Shown here: positions 39,664-48,907 of the stretch, one piece after another | Layout: the number at the start of each line of letters is the position of its first letter | Numbering within the stretch: the stretch's first letter is position 1 | From: Candidatus Oxydemutator sp. | Lineage (GTDB): Bacteria > Pseudomonadota > Gammaproteobacteria > Poriferisulfidales > Oxydemutatoraceae | Assembly: GCA_965203445.1 (NCBI GenBank) | Contig: OZ241883.1 | Span: 1,440,001 to 1,504,000, forward strand | DNA length: 64,000 nt | Direction: 5' to 3' | Notes under the pieces: generated by a model | Databases searched by the model: none | The model's input: only the letters and a program-made list of their open reading frames with translations | Told to the model about the DNA's origin: nothing | Translations under genes and position numbers: made by a program

Positions 39664-40464
39664 TCACCGTTTTTCGCCGGACGCGGCAGCGGAGGTATAA
39701 ACCTTATCGCAGGTTTCGGAACTGCTCCTCAGTTTTATCAATTCGGCGATCTTTTCATCGCCGATCTGGCGTCCTACGGGCGCGAAAAGCGCTCGTGACC
39801 TTGAAGCTGCGTCAGCCGCCGGAGTTTGCACGTAGTAGACGGCGATACTTTTCCTGTAAGTTCCTTGCGGCATCGTCAGTCCTCTGCTCATTCCGTGCCA
39901 TGCATTGGTGGTGTCAAAGATAACCGCGCGGTTGCAATACGGGACGATTTCCCTGGCCAGATCGCCCGGTGCGTCGGCGCTGCCTGGAAGCCACATTCCG
40001 AGCCACCCCCCGTACTCTTTCTTAAAGTCTTTTTCGAGATAGACGAGGAGATTGAGCTTGCGCTGCATGCCCGTCTTGGGGTGTATCGAGTAATCCAAAT
40101 GCGGGTTCAGATTTCCGCCGTTCGCGTGTATATGCAGTCCTCCCCCGTGGAGACCGATGTCCGCGTGCAGCTTGGCGCTCGCCAGCCCTTCCAGAAAATG
40201 AACGAACTCGGGAGAATTGAGTTCTATGAATACCTGATACTGGAGCCGATTGAAAGAATCCCATGCGTTGAGAGTTTTTTTGTTTTCCAGCGGATTGTCA
40301 TACGTGTTCCAGTTCCCGCCGTTGTAATCCGGGAATCCCCGCGACAGTTCCTCGGCAATATCCGCGCGGAAAAAGTTCTCTATCACTACGTGTGGATAGG
40401 GAACGTTTTTCGTGAACGCGTCGGGGCTGATCTCGAGAGCGTCTTTGTTTATGAAACTGTACAT
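39664..40464 (-). CDS. 2OG-Fe(II) oxygenase
   Basis: PYPHVVIENF, GGGLH, HLD, NRAVIF, WHG, RKSIAVYY; lower GC; start chosen downstream of the G24 tract. Confidence 0.85.
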   Translation of the reverse strand: MYSFINKDALEISPDAFTKNVPYPHVVIENFFRADIAEELSRGFPDYNGGNWNTYDNPLENKKTLNAWDSFNRLQYQVFIELNSPEFVHFLEGLASAKLHADIGLHGGGLHIHANGGNLNPHLDYSIHPKTGMQRKLNLLVYLEKDFKKEYGGWLGMWLPGSADAPGDLAREIVPYCNRAVIFDTTNAWHGMSRGLTMPQGTYRKSIAVYYVQTPAADAASRSRALFAPVGRQIGDEKIAELIKLRSSSETCDKVYTSAAASGEKR

Positions 40465-40508
40465 TTGTGGTTCTCCCAATGTAGCGTCGTCCGCGTCGTC
40501 CGTAAAAC

Positions 40509-40532
40509 GGGGGGGGGGGGGGGGGGGGGGGG
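40509..40532. repeat. G24 homopolymer
   Basis: 24 consecutive G upstream of the oxygenase ATG. Confidence 0.8.
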
Positions 40533-40727
40533 TAGAGGATATGCCATCGTTTTGCGGACGCGGGTGTTGCTGAAATTGGTCATAATCTGGAAATTGTATA
40601 CGATTTCCCCGAGATTTTCTCAAGGATGTCTGAGGACAATCGTATCCGTTTGACGTTTCACGGGCCGGGGAATCCCACCCTCCGATGGCGGGATGGTATC
40701 CTGATACGGGGAGCGGGGGACGAATCG

Positions 40728-41795
40728 GTGACGCACAACGGCAACGCGGCCAGGATCAACGTGGCGATAGTCGGCGCGACCGGCGCGGTCGGCGCGATCA
40801 TGCGCCGCGTCCTCGAGGAGCGCGATTTTCCCGTCGCGCGGCTGTACCTGCTCGCCAGCAGCCGCTCGGCGGGCGAGACGCTGGACTTTCGCGGCGCCGC
40901 CGTCGTCGTCGCCGACCTCGAGGACTTCGACTTTTCCGGCGTGCAGCTCGCTTTTTTCTCGGCCGGCGCGTCGGTGTCGGCGCGCCACGCACGGCGCGCC
41001 ACGGCCGCCGGCTGCGTCGTCGTGGACAACACCTCGTGCTTTCGCTACGACGACGACGTTCCGCTGGTCGTGCCCGAGGTCAATCCCGGCGCGCTCGCGC
41101 ACTACGACACGCGCGGCATCATCGCCAATCCGAACTGTTCGACGATTCAGATGGTGGTCGCGCTGAAGCCGCTGCACGATTTGTTCGGCGTCGTGCGCGT
41201 CAACGTCGCGACCTACCAGGCGGTGTCCGGCGCCGGGCGCCGCGCGGTTCGTGACATGCTGGCGCAGTCGCGCGCGCGCCTGGCCGAGCGCCCGCTCGAA
41301 CCGGGAATCTATCCGAAGCCCATCGCGTTCAATGCGCTGCCGCAGATAGACGTGTTCCTCGACAACGGCTATACGAAGGAAGAGATGAAGATGGTCTGGG
41401 AGACGCGCAAGATATTGGGCGACGAGCACATCGGGGTCAATCCGACGACGGTGCGCGTGCCGGTCGTGCACGGGCATTCGGAGGCGGTGCACGTCGAGTG
41501 CGCGCGCGACGTCGACGTGGACGCCGCGCGCGCGGCGTTGGCCGGCGCCGCCGGCGTTACCGTCGTGGACGAGCGGCGCGACGGCGGCTATCCGACGGCC
41601 GTGACCGAGGCCGCGGGCAGCGACGACGTCTTCGTCGGGCGCCTGCGCCGGGACATCTCGCATCCGCGCGGCCTCGATTTGTGGGTCGTAAGCGACAACC
41701 TGCGCAAGGGCGCGGCCACCAACAGCGTGCAAATTGCCGAGATGCTATTACGCGAGTATCCGCTGCCGTGGCGCCGCGCTCGAGGTGACGGATGA
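40728..41795 (+). CDS. asd: Aspartate-semialdehyde dehydrogenase
   Basis: IVGATGAVG, IANPNCST, YQAVSGAG, DNLRKGAATN. Confidence 0.95.
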   Translation: MTHNGNAARINVAIVGATGAVGAIMRRVLEERDFPVARLYLLASSRSAGETLDFRGAAVVVADLEDFDFSGVQLAFFSAGASVSARHARRATAAGCVVVDNTSCFRYDDDVPLVVPEVNPGALAHYDTRGIIANPNCSTIQMVVALKPLHDLFGVVRVNVATYQAVSGAGRRAVRDMLAQSRARLAERPLEPGIYPKPIAFNALPQIDVFLDNGYTKEEMKMVWETRKILGDEHIGVNPTTVRVPVVHGHSEAVHVECARDVDVDAARAALAGAAGVTVVDERRDGGYPTAVTEAAGSDDVFVGRLRRDISHPRGLDLWVVSDNLRKGAATNSVQIAEMLLREYPLPWRRARGDG

Positions 41796-43063
41796 GACGC
41801 TGCGTTTTTGTCGCGTTGTTTTTCTGCTGCGCGGCGCAGGCGCTGGAATTGGGCGAACCGCTGGTCGAGAACGCGCCTGGCGAGACGCTCGACGTCAGCA
41901 TCCCGCTGCTGGGCGTCGGCGAGACCGACCGCGCGTTGCGTCTGGTCGGAGCCGACCGCGCCGCTTACGCCGAGGCCGGAATCGAATACACGCCGCTGCA
42001 CGAGCGCCTCGTGTCGGAATTGGTGCTGGGTGGGTCGTCGCCGCGCGTCGTCGTCAGCAGCATCGGGCCGGTGTACGAGGCCGCGTTCGACCTGGTCGTC
42101 GGCATCGCCGGCGTCGCCGGCGCGTCGTTCAAACCGGTGCGCATCGTCCTGAAGACGCCGCCGTCGCCCGCGCCTGAAATAATGACGCCGCCCGGGGTGC
42201 TCGCGCGCCTGCTGTCGCTGCTCGCCGAAGAGCGCGGTCTGTCGCGCACAGCCGCGTTCGCCGAGCTCAAGCGCCTGGTCGCCGGCGGTTCTTACCGCGA
42301 GGGCGACAGGCGTCTGGTGATGGGGTTCAAGCGGGGTGATTTTGCCCCGGCTTTCGTCGGCGGCGTCGAGGCGCTGCTCGATGACGAGGCCGGCGCCTTG
42401 TTCCGGCGGCGCGTGGATCAGGGTCGCGGCGCCCATGCCTTGTCCGAGGTATTGTTCGGCGACGGCGAATACGCGCTGCTCGCACAATTGTTGGTCGCCG
42501 GTACGGTAAGCGCGATGCGAGACGGCGAGGGCGTGCCGCAACGCCTTCGCCGGCTGAACGAGAAAGTTGCGGCGCTTGAAAACCGCATCGTCGAGCTTGG
42601 CTATCTGCTGGAACGCGGCGCGGGCGAACCTCGGGAGGAGGCGCGCGTGCGCTGGTGGGAGCGCGTTGCCGGGCTGCTTGCGCACCACGGTTGGCACAAC
42701 CGCCGCCTGTTGTCACGGCCAGCGTGGATCGGTTTTGCCGCCTTTTGGGGATTGTTGCTGTTGTTGCTGGCGTGGCGGCAGTGGCGGCGCTTGCGCGCGG
42801 CGCCTGGTGCCGATACCGTCCGAGCGACGGGCGAGCGGGCGCCCGCGGCGCCGGGTTCCGGTGTTTTGCCCGGACAGAGGGAACTCGAGCAGGCGCGCAC
42901 GCGCGGCGCCGCGGACACGGCCGCCGGCAAGTTGCACCTGGCCTACGCCTATATCGAGATGGGCGAGTCGGAAAAGGCCTCGAGCCTGCTGGACGAAGTC
43001 ATCCGCGACGGCGACGCCGGGCAGGTCGAGCGCGCGCGCAGTTTGCAGGGGAAGTTGGGGTGA
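41792..43063 (+). CDS. fimV: FimV/HubP-like protein (divergent)
   Basis: Signal peptide plus ALELGE, TM, C-terminal KLHLAYAYIEMGESEKASSLLDEVI; asd-fimV-truA synteny. Confidence 0.7.
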   Translation: MRRCVFVALFFCCAAQALELGEPLVENAPGETLDVSIPLLGVGETDRALRLVGADRAAYAEAGIEYTPLHERLVSELVLGGSSPRVVVSSIGPVYEAAFDLVVGIAGVAGASFKPVRIVLKTPPSPAPEIMTPPGVLARLLSLLAEERGLSRTAAFAELKRLVAGGSYREGDRRLVMGFKRGDFAPAFVGGVEALLDDEAGALFRRRVDQGRGAHALSEVLFGDGEYALLAQLLVAGTVSAMRDGEGVPQRLRRLNEKVAALENRIVELGYLLERGAGEPREEARVRWWERVAGLLAHHGWHNRRLLSRPAWIGFAAFWGLLLLLLAWRQWRRLRAAPGADTVRATGERAPAAPGSGVLPGQRELEQARTRGAADTAAGKLHLAYAYIEMGESEKASSLLDEVIRDGDAGQVERARSLQGKLG

Positions 43064-43836
43064 GGCTCGCCGCGTGTCTGGAGTACGACGGTGCGGATTT
43101 TTTCGGATGGCAGAGTCAGGCACACGCGCGCAGCGTGCAGGATTGCGTCGAGGCGGCCTTCTCCCGGGTCGCCGATCACGAGCTCAAGGTCACGTGCGCC
43201 GGGCGCACCGACGCCGGCGTCCACGCCACCGGGCAGGTCGCGCATTTTGAGTCGCACGCGCGGCGCCGCGCCGACGACTGGCGACGTGGTGCCGACGGCC
43301 ATCTGCCGGACGACGTACGCGTGCGCTGGGTGCGCCCGGTGGGCGATGAGTTTCACGCTCGTTTCAGCGCGCTCAGGCGTCGCTACCGTTACGTCATCCT
43401 GAACGCGCCGGCGCCGTCGGCGCTGTTGCGTCGTCTCAGCGGTTGGGAATACCGTCCGCTGGACGCCGGGGTCATGCACGAGGCCGGGCAGACGTTGGTG
43501 GGCGAGCACGACTTCAGTGCGTACCGAAGCGCCGGATGCCGCTCGAGGACGCCGACGCGTCGCGTCGAAAGCCTGCGCGTCCACCGCGACGGGCGTTTTA
43601 TCTACGTGGACGTTTGCGCCAATGCCTTTTTGCAGCACATGGTGCGCAACGTCGTCGGCGTGTTGCTCGAAATCGGACGCGGCGAAAAACCGCGCGATTG
43701 GGCGCGCCAGGTGCTGGCCTCGCGCGACCGTACGCAAGGCGGCGTCACCGTCGCGGGTGCCGGGCTGTATCTGGTCGGGATAGAATACGACGCGCGTCAC
43801 GCCCTGCCCGACGGTGCGATATGGCCGCGCTTTTGA
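43060..43836 (+). CDS. truA: tRNA pseudouridine(38-40) synthase
   Basis: EYDGADFFGWQ, AGRTDAGVHA, FHARFSA, FLQHMVR. Confidence 0.96.
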   Translation: MRLAACLEYDGADFFGWQSQAHARSVQDCVEAAFSRVADHELKVTCAGRTDAGVHATGQVAHFESHARRRADDWRRGADGHLPDDVRVRWVRPVGDEFHARFSALRRRYRYVILNAPAPSALLRRLSGWEYRPLDAGVMHEAGQTLVGEHDFSAYRSAGCRSRTPTRRVESLRVHRDGRFIYVDVCANAFLQHMVRNVVGVLLEIGRGEKPRDWARQVLASRDRTQGGVTVAGAGLYLVGIEYDARHALPDGAIWPRF

Positions 43837-43861
43837 CAGGGCCGCATCGGCGGCGCGGATT

Positions 43862-45094
43862 ATGGCTTTGATCGTGGAAAAATTCGGCGGCACCTCGGTC
43901 GGATCGGTCGAGCGCATCCGCCACGTGGCCTCGATAGTCGCGGCGGATTGCGCGCGTGGCGACCGGGTCGTCGTCGTATTGTCGGCGATGGGCGGCGAGA
44001 CCGACCGCCTGACGGAGTTGGCGCGCGCGGTGGACGCCGATTGCGGCGGGCGCGAACTCGACGCGCTGCTTGCGACCGGCGAGCAGGCGAGCGTTGCCCT
44101 GCTTGCGCTTGCGCTCGGCGGCGAGGGGCTTGCGGGAGTGTCGCTGAGCGGCGCCCAGGTGCGCGTCCTGACCGACGACGCGTACAACCGCGCGCGTATC
44201 GTCTCCATAGAGACCGACGCCATTCGCGGCCACGTCGCCGCCGGCAGGGTACCCGTAGTCGCCGGTTTTCAGGGCGTCGACGGCGACGGTAACGTCACGA
44301 CGCTGGGGCGCGGCGGCTCCGATACCACCGCGGTCGCCGTGGCCGCGGCGCTCGGCGCGCGCGAGTGCCGCATATACAGCGACGTGGACGGCGTCTATAC
44401 CACCGACCCGCGCATCGTGGACAAGGCGCGGCGTCTCGACCGGATTACGTTCGAGGAAATGCTCGAGATGGCGAGTCTCGGATCGAAGGTTCTGCAAATA
44501 CGCGCGGTCGAACTGGCCGGTAAGTATAATGTGCCTCTCAAGGTGCTTTCGGCCTTCCGCGCGGGGTCGGGCACGCTGATCACCTACGAGGACGACGACG
44601 TGGAAAATCCCGGCATCGCCGGTATCGCCTTCAACCAGGACGAGGCCCAACTGACGGTGCGCGGGGTGCCCGACGAGCCGGGGGTCGCGGCGCGGTTGCT
44701 GGGGCCGGTGGCCGACGCCGGCGTCGAGGTGGACATGATCGTGCAAAACGTCGGTTCGCGCGACGGTGTCGCCGACTTTACGTTCACCGTCCATCGCCGC
44801 GATTACCGGCGCGCGCGCGAGATTGTGGAGCGCACCGTGGCCGGGTTGGGCGCCGGGCGCGTCACCGGCAACGCGACCATCGTCAAGGTCTCGCTGGTGG
44901 GCGTCGGCATGCGCTCGCACTCCGGCGTCGCCTCGAAGATGTTCCGCGCGCTTGCCGACAACGGCATAGACATTCGCATGATCTCGACGTCCGAGATAAA
45001 AATATCGGTGGTGCTCGAGGAGAAGGACATGAAGTCCGCGGTGCGCGTTTTGCACGACGCCTTTGAACTCGAAAGCGACGGTGGTGCGCCGTGA
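43862..45094 (+). CDS. lysC: Aspartate kinase
   Basis: KFGGTSV, TLGRGGSDTTA, DVDGVYTTDP, ACT domains. Confidence 0.96.
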   Translation: MALIVEKFGGTSVGSVERIRHVASIVAADCARGDRVVVVLSAMGGETDRLTELARAVDADCGGRELDALLATGEQASVALLALALGGEGLAGVSLSGAQVRVLTDDAYNRARIVSIETDAIRGHVAAGRVPVVAGFQGVDGDGNVTTLGRGGSDTTAVAVAAALGARECRIYSDVDGVYTTDPRIVDKARRLDRITFEEMLEMASLGSKVLQIRAVELAGKYNVPLKVLSAFRAGSGTLITYEDDDVENPGIAGIAFNQDEAQLTVRGVPDEPGVAARLLGPVADAGVEVDMIVQNVGSRDGVADFTFTVHRRDYRRAREIVERTVAGLGAGRVTGNATIVKVSLVGVGMRSHSGVASKMFRALADNGIDIRMISTSEIKISVVLEEKDMKSAVRVLHDAFELESDGGAP

Positions 45095-45168
45095 GCGTGT
45101 AAGTGCTTTGTTTCCGCGCCGTTTTTATTTTCGTATATACTACACTCTCACCAAGAGAGGTCCTGAAA

Positions 45169-45378
45169 GTGTTAATTTTGACAAGAAGAGTGGGCGAGAC
45201 CCTGATGATCGGCGACGACGTGACGATCACGATCTTGAGCGTACGCGGCGGCCAGATTCGCGTCGGTGTCAACGCACCGAAAAACACCGCCGTGCACCGC
45301 GAAGAAGTGTACGAGAAAATGCGCAAGGAAAACGCCGCCACCGTCCCGCAGGCTTCCGCTCCCGGCAGTTCCTTCTGA
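45169..45378 (+). CDS. csrA: Carbon storage regulator
   Basis: [17 protein letters not shown]...VHREEVY. Confidence 0.96.
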   Translation: MLILTRRVGETLMIGDDVTITILSVRGGQIRVGVNAPKNTAVHREEVYEKMRKENAATVPQASAPGSSF

Positions 45379-45435
45379 AAAAGAAGTTCCGCAAAACGGC
45401 CCGCGAAAGTGATCTTTATGATCCGTGCGCGACGC

Positions 45436-45466
45436 CCGTCGGCATCGTTCCAAACGATGCCGACGG
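45436..45466. other. Perfect 14-bp stem hairpin between csrA and tRNA-Ser
   Basis: CCGTCGGCATCGTT-CCA-AACGATGCCGACGG. Confidence 0.6.
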
Positions 45467-45624
45467 CGAGGACGGGAACCCGCCCGCCAAACTTGCCCGC
45501 CGGGTTGTCGCCACGTTCCGGCAACGTCCCGCGGCAGCATTGGCCGAGATCGGGCTATTCCCTGTAAAGAATTGATATTCTGTTGAAAATATGCTGCCGG
45601 TCGTGTTATTATCGCCAGCCCAGC

Positions 45625-45717
45625 GGAGAGATGGCCGAGTGGCTGAAGGCGCTCCCCTGCTAAGGGAGTATGGGGTGATGAGCCCCATCGAGGGTTCGAA
45701 TCCCTCTCTCTCCGCCA
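45625..45717 (+). tRNA. tRNA-Ser(GCT)
   Basis: GGAGAGA...TCTCTCC-GCCA; long variable arm; anticodon GCT. Confidence 0.96.
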
Positions 45718-45806
45718 GCTGCGCGACACGTTGTTGACGGATTAGTCCGGGGTATTCACGGTAGCCTGCTTTGGGGCGCTTGTTTGTCCCTGAGTAAGCC
45801 CGACAC

Positions 45807-46535
45807 TCAAATGCTTCTTTCTGCGGCCGTCCTCGCGGCCTCTGCTTCGTGAAACCGTCCGAGTTTTTCAAAACTCCAGAATTTTATCCGTTTCCGCATG
45901 TCTCCAAACGTCGGCTCGCGCTTCTTGCTTTCAAAAACGTCCACCTTCTTTCTATTGGAGACGATATACATGTCCGCCGCGTAATCTCGTAGCGTGCTGA
46001 ATTTTTCTAGTGAGCGAAGAAAATCGGTCGTGTATTCGACTTCAAACAAAGAGGCCGGCATCCGACGTTCATTAAACCAGATGACGTCTATTGTCTTTGC
46101 GTGTCGCATCAATTCCGGATAACCGAATTCCGGCAATTCGGCCAGGTCGCATAGATCCATCAGACGCTTGCCGCCGGGCACGGCAAGCCTTTTCCTGTCT
46201 TGCATCGGGGTGTAGGTGCTGTATCCTCTCATGCGGCCTAATTCAAGCAACAGGCCTTGATAATAACCGTGCCGATCCGATTCATTTTTCTTTGATACAG
46301 GTGTGTCCGCCGTCAGGTGCTCGAACTTGTCATGTTCTTTTTCCAGGCAATAGAGGCCGGGTTTGATTTTTCTGATTGCATCACTTTGTTGCGCTATTCT
46401 GCGCACGGAAGCAAAAGGTGTTCTGGTTTTCCACGTCAGTGCATGGTCGCTGAAGGTCTCCTGGTATAGTTGTTTTAGCGTGGCGCATCCCCCCAACCGC
46501 TCTAAGGCCACGATTACTTGTTCGGTTTGTGTCAT
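45807..46535 (-). CDS. Winged-HTH plus PD-(D/E)xK-like nuclease, no cognate methyltransferase nearby
   Basis: N-terminal LERLGGCATLKQLY...TPFASVRRI...PGLY; C-terminal IDVIW...FEVE. Confidence 0.65.
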   Translation of the reverse strand: MTQTEQVIVALERLGGCATLKQLYQETFSDHALTWKTRTPFASVRRIAQQSDAIRKIKPGLYCLEKEHDKFEHLTADTPVSKKNESDRHGYYQGLLLELGRMRGYSTYTPMQDRKRLAVPGGKRLMDLCDLAELPEFGYPELMRHAKTIDVIWFNERRMPASLFEVEYTTDFLRSLEKFSTLRDYAADMYIVSNRKKVDVFESKKREPTFGDMRKRIKFWSFEKLGRFHEAEAARTAAERSI

Positions 46536-46729
46536 GGACGACAATCATAACAAAATTTCTCGCCTGCTTTCAGGCGGGCGGGGTTGTCCGATGAATGAAA
46601 AGCGCGTCGTATGGACGTGGGTGTGTGGAGGTGGCTCACTTGACTGGGCGGTTGGTAATGACGGTATTACCTGCGCCCCCTCGCTGAATACAGGGTGCGA
46701 CTGGCGCACAGCGGGGGAGGAGGCAACTC

Positions 46730-46975
46730 GTGCGGACAAAAGCGCACCAGACGAAAGTCGGCAAATTGACGAAGAAATACCAGGCGACCATTCCGGTGCA
46801 GGTGCGCCGTGTTTTGGAATTGAAGGTTGGAGATTCCGTCGCGTTCGATATAGGCGACGACGATGTGTATCTTCGCAAAGCCAGGCCGATAGACCGGGTT
46901 TTCGCCGAGGCTCTGGAAAGCACGTTGAGCGAGTGGGCGTCAGAGGCCGACGACAAGGCATATCGTGGTCTATGA
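46730..46975 (+). CDS. AbrB/MazE-type antitoxin
   Basis: KLTKKYQATIPVQVRRVLELKVGDSVAF, LSEWASEADDKAY. Confidence 0.85.
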   Translation: MRTKAHQTKVGKLTKKYQATIPVQVRRVLELKVGDSVAFDIGDDDVYLRKARPIDRVFAEALESTLSEWASEADDKAYRGL

Positions 46976-47312
46976 TGCTTTCGACGTCATCGTCGTCCCG
47001 TTTCCGTCCACGGGCAGGAGCGCGATAAGGCGTCGCCCCGCCCTGGTATTGTCGGTGGCCGCCGCCTTCGACCGCAAGACGAACCATGCGGTGTCGGCAA
47101 TGATCACAAGCGCCGACAATTCCAGTTGGCCGCTGGACGTGCCGCTCAGTGATCTTGACGCGGCGGGACTGGTCTCGCCGTCGGTGGTGCGGATGAAGTT
47201 GTTCACCCTGGACAATCGGTTGGTTTTACGCAAAGCGGGCGCCCTTGCCGCAAATGACCGCGGCACGGTATGCAAGGCGCTCGCCCGACTGCTCACTATT
47301 GGCGCGAGGTAA
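46965..47312 (+). CDS. MazF/PemK toxin
   Basis: DVIVVPFP, RRPALVLS, AMITS; overlaps antitoxin. Confidence 0.88.
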   Translation: MVYDAFDVIVVPFPSTGRSAIRRRPALVLSVAAAFDRKTNHAVSAMITSADNSSWPLDVPLSDLDAAGLVSPSVVRMKLFTLDNRLVLRKAGALAANDRGTVCKALARLLTIGAR

Positions 47313-47550
47313 AGCGTCCGACGGCCGGCCCGGCCCACCGCCGTGCACGACCAACCGGTTTTTTGTCGCCGGTTCCGGGATTGCGCGGTTGATGGGGCGG
47401 TTTGCAAAATAGTCGTCGTCGGCCCGCTCCTGAAGTAGTTCGGCCGGCGTCGGAGAGCGCGGGCCGACGCCGACGCCCGCGATCCAATCGTTTGCGGTGT
47501 TTTCAGTTGCCGCCTTTGCCTGCATGAACGCGGGCATTCGACCAAGCGGC

Positions 47551-47900
47551 AAGACGAGTCGGCCGATAAGCCGGGTTCTGTCGAGAACGGTCATTCATCT
47601 GGGGCGTACGTCGCCGCACGCCTCTTGCGGTCTACCCGGAAGCCGCGCGCGGGCCACGCGTCGCGCAATGCGCATGCCTCCCTATTTAACCTTGCTCCGG
47701 GCGGGGTTTGCCCTGCCGCCGATGTTGCCATCGGCGCGGTGCGCTCTTACCGCACCTTTTCACCCTTGCCGCGCACGCGGCGGTATATTTTCTGTGGCAC
47801 TTTCCATAGGCTCACGCCTTCCAGGAGTTACCTGGCGCCCTTGCCCTGCGGAGCCCGGACTTTCCTCTGTGCGAACACAGCGACCGTCTGGCCGACTCGT
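47551..47900 (-). ncRNA. rnpB: RNase P RNA
   Basis: Minus strand GAGGAAAGTCCGGGCTC, AGTGCCACAGAAA, ACAGAACCCGGCTTAT; terminal P1 helix GAGTCGGCC/GGCCGACTC. Confidence 0.96.
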
Positions 47901-47958
47901 GCGCAAGCATAACACGCTACGGCGCAATCCGGCGGTCTATTGTAATATCCGCGTTGCG

Positions 47959-48453
47959 ATGGCCGTGTGCGCGAACATCCGTATCGTCTCTGGCGGACAG
48001 ACCGGCGTGGATCGCGCGGCGCTCGACGCCGCGCTCGACGCCGGCGTCGAATGTGGCGGCTGGTGTCCCGAAGGGCGCGCGGCCGAGGATGGACGCCTGG
48101 ACGAACGCTACCCGCTCGACGAACTCGAGGGTGGCGGCTACATGGAGCGCACCCGCCGGAACGTGATCGACAGCGACGCGACGCTGATCCTTTACTTCTC
48201 CGAACTCGAAGGCGGCACGCTGATCACCCGCCAGTTTTGTATCGAAAACGGCAGGCCTTGCCTGGCGGTGGACGCCGTGCGCGAGAACGCCGCCGTCGCC
48301 GCCGGCCGCGTCGCGTCGTTCGTCGCGCTCCATCGCGTCGCTACGCTCAACGTCGCCGGGCCGAGGGCCAGCAAGCAGGCCGGGGCGTATCGCTACGCCA
48401 AAGAGGTCGTCGCGCGCTGGCTTGCCGGCGCGACCGGCGCTTCGGCGGCTTGA
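47959..48453 (+). CDS. SLOG-fold putative molybdenum carrier protein
   Basis: IVSGGQTGVDRAALD, GGWCPEGR, RTRRNVIDSDAT, LNVAGPRAS. Confidence 0.85.
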   Translation: MAVCANIRIVSGGQTGVDRAALDAALDAGVECGGWCPEGRAAEDGRLDERYPLDELEGGGYMERTRRNVIDSDATLILYFSELEGGTLITRQFCIENGRPCLAVDAVRENAAVAAGRVASFVALHRVATLNVAGPRASKQAGAYRYAKEVVARWLAGATGASAA

Positions 48454-48740
48454 GCGCGGATGGACACGCTCGAACGTCTGCGCCGCGTCAGGCAGTCGCA
48501 CGACTACTGCAATCGTATGCCGGCCGCGGCTCTGGCCAGCGCGGCTTGCACGGTCGGCTTCGCGCCATGGTGCGCCAGTGCGCCGCTGCTCGATGAATAC
48601 GAGCTTGGCGTCGGCGACGATCAGGGCCGCGCCCTGATGGCTTCCGACTGGCGCCGGTACAGGTGCAGGATTTCCGGCATACGCGCTGGATTCGGCGGTT
48701 TTGGCGGCCTCGCCTTATAATTTGTCGCTCTGGGCGGCGT

Positions 48741-48829
48741 GCGAAAGTGGCGGAATTGGCAGACGCGCCGGCTTTAGGTGCCGGTGGGGGTTGTTCCCCG
48801 TGAGAGTTCGAGTCTCTCCTTTCGCACCA
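48741..48829 (+). tRNA. tRNA-Leu(TAG)
   Basis: GCGAAAG...CTTTCGC-ACCA; anticodon TAG; variable arm. Confidence 0.95.
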
Positions 48830-48907
48830 TCTTGCGAAGGCCGCGAAGTGCGGCGCCGGGCGGCGGGGGTATAATTCCGCTCGTCGGGAAAATTGCGATG
48901 GTAGTCC

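Noticed and set aside
47497-47958. N-terminal extension of the SLOG protein
   Set aside because: Antisense to rnpB; the real domain begins near 47959.
48460-48720. 86-aa ORF before tRNA-Leu
   Set aside because: No recognisable motif or convincing RBS; left uncalled.
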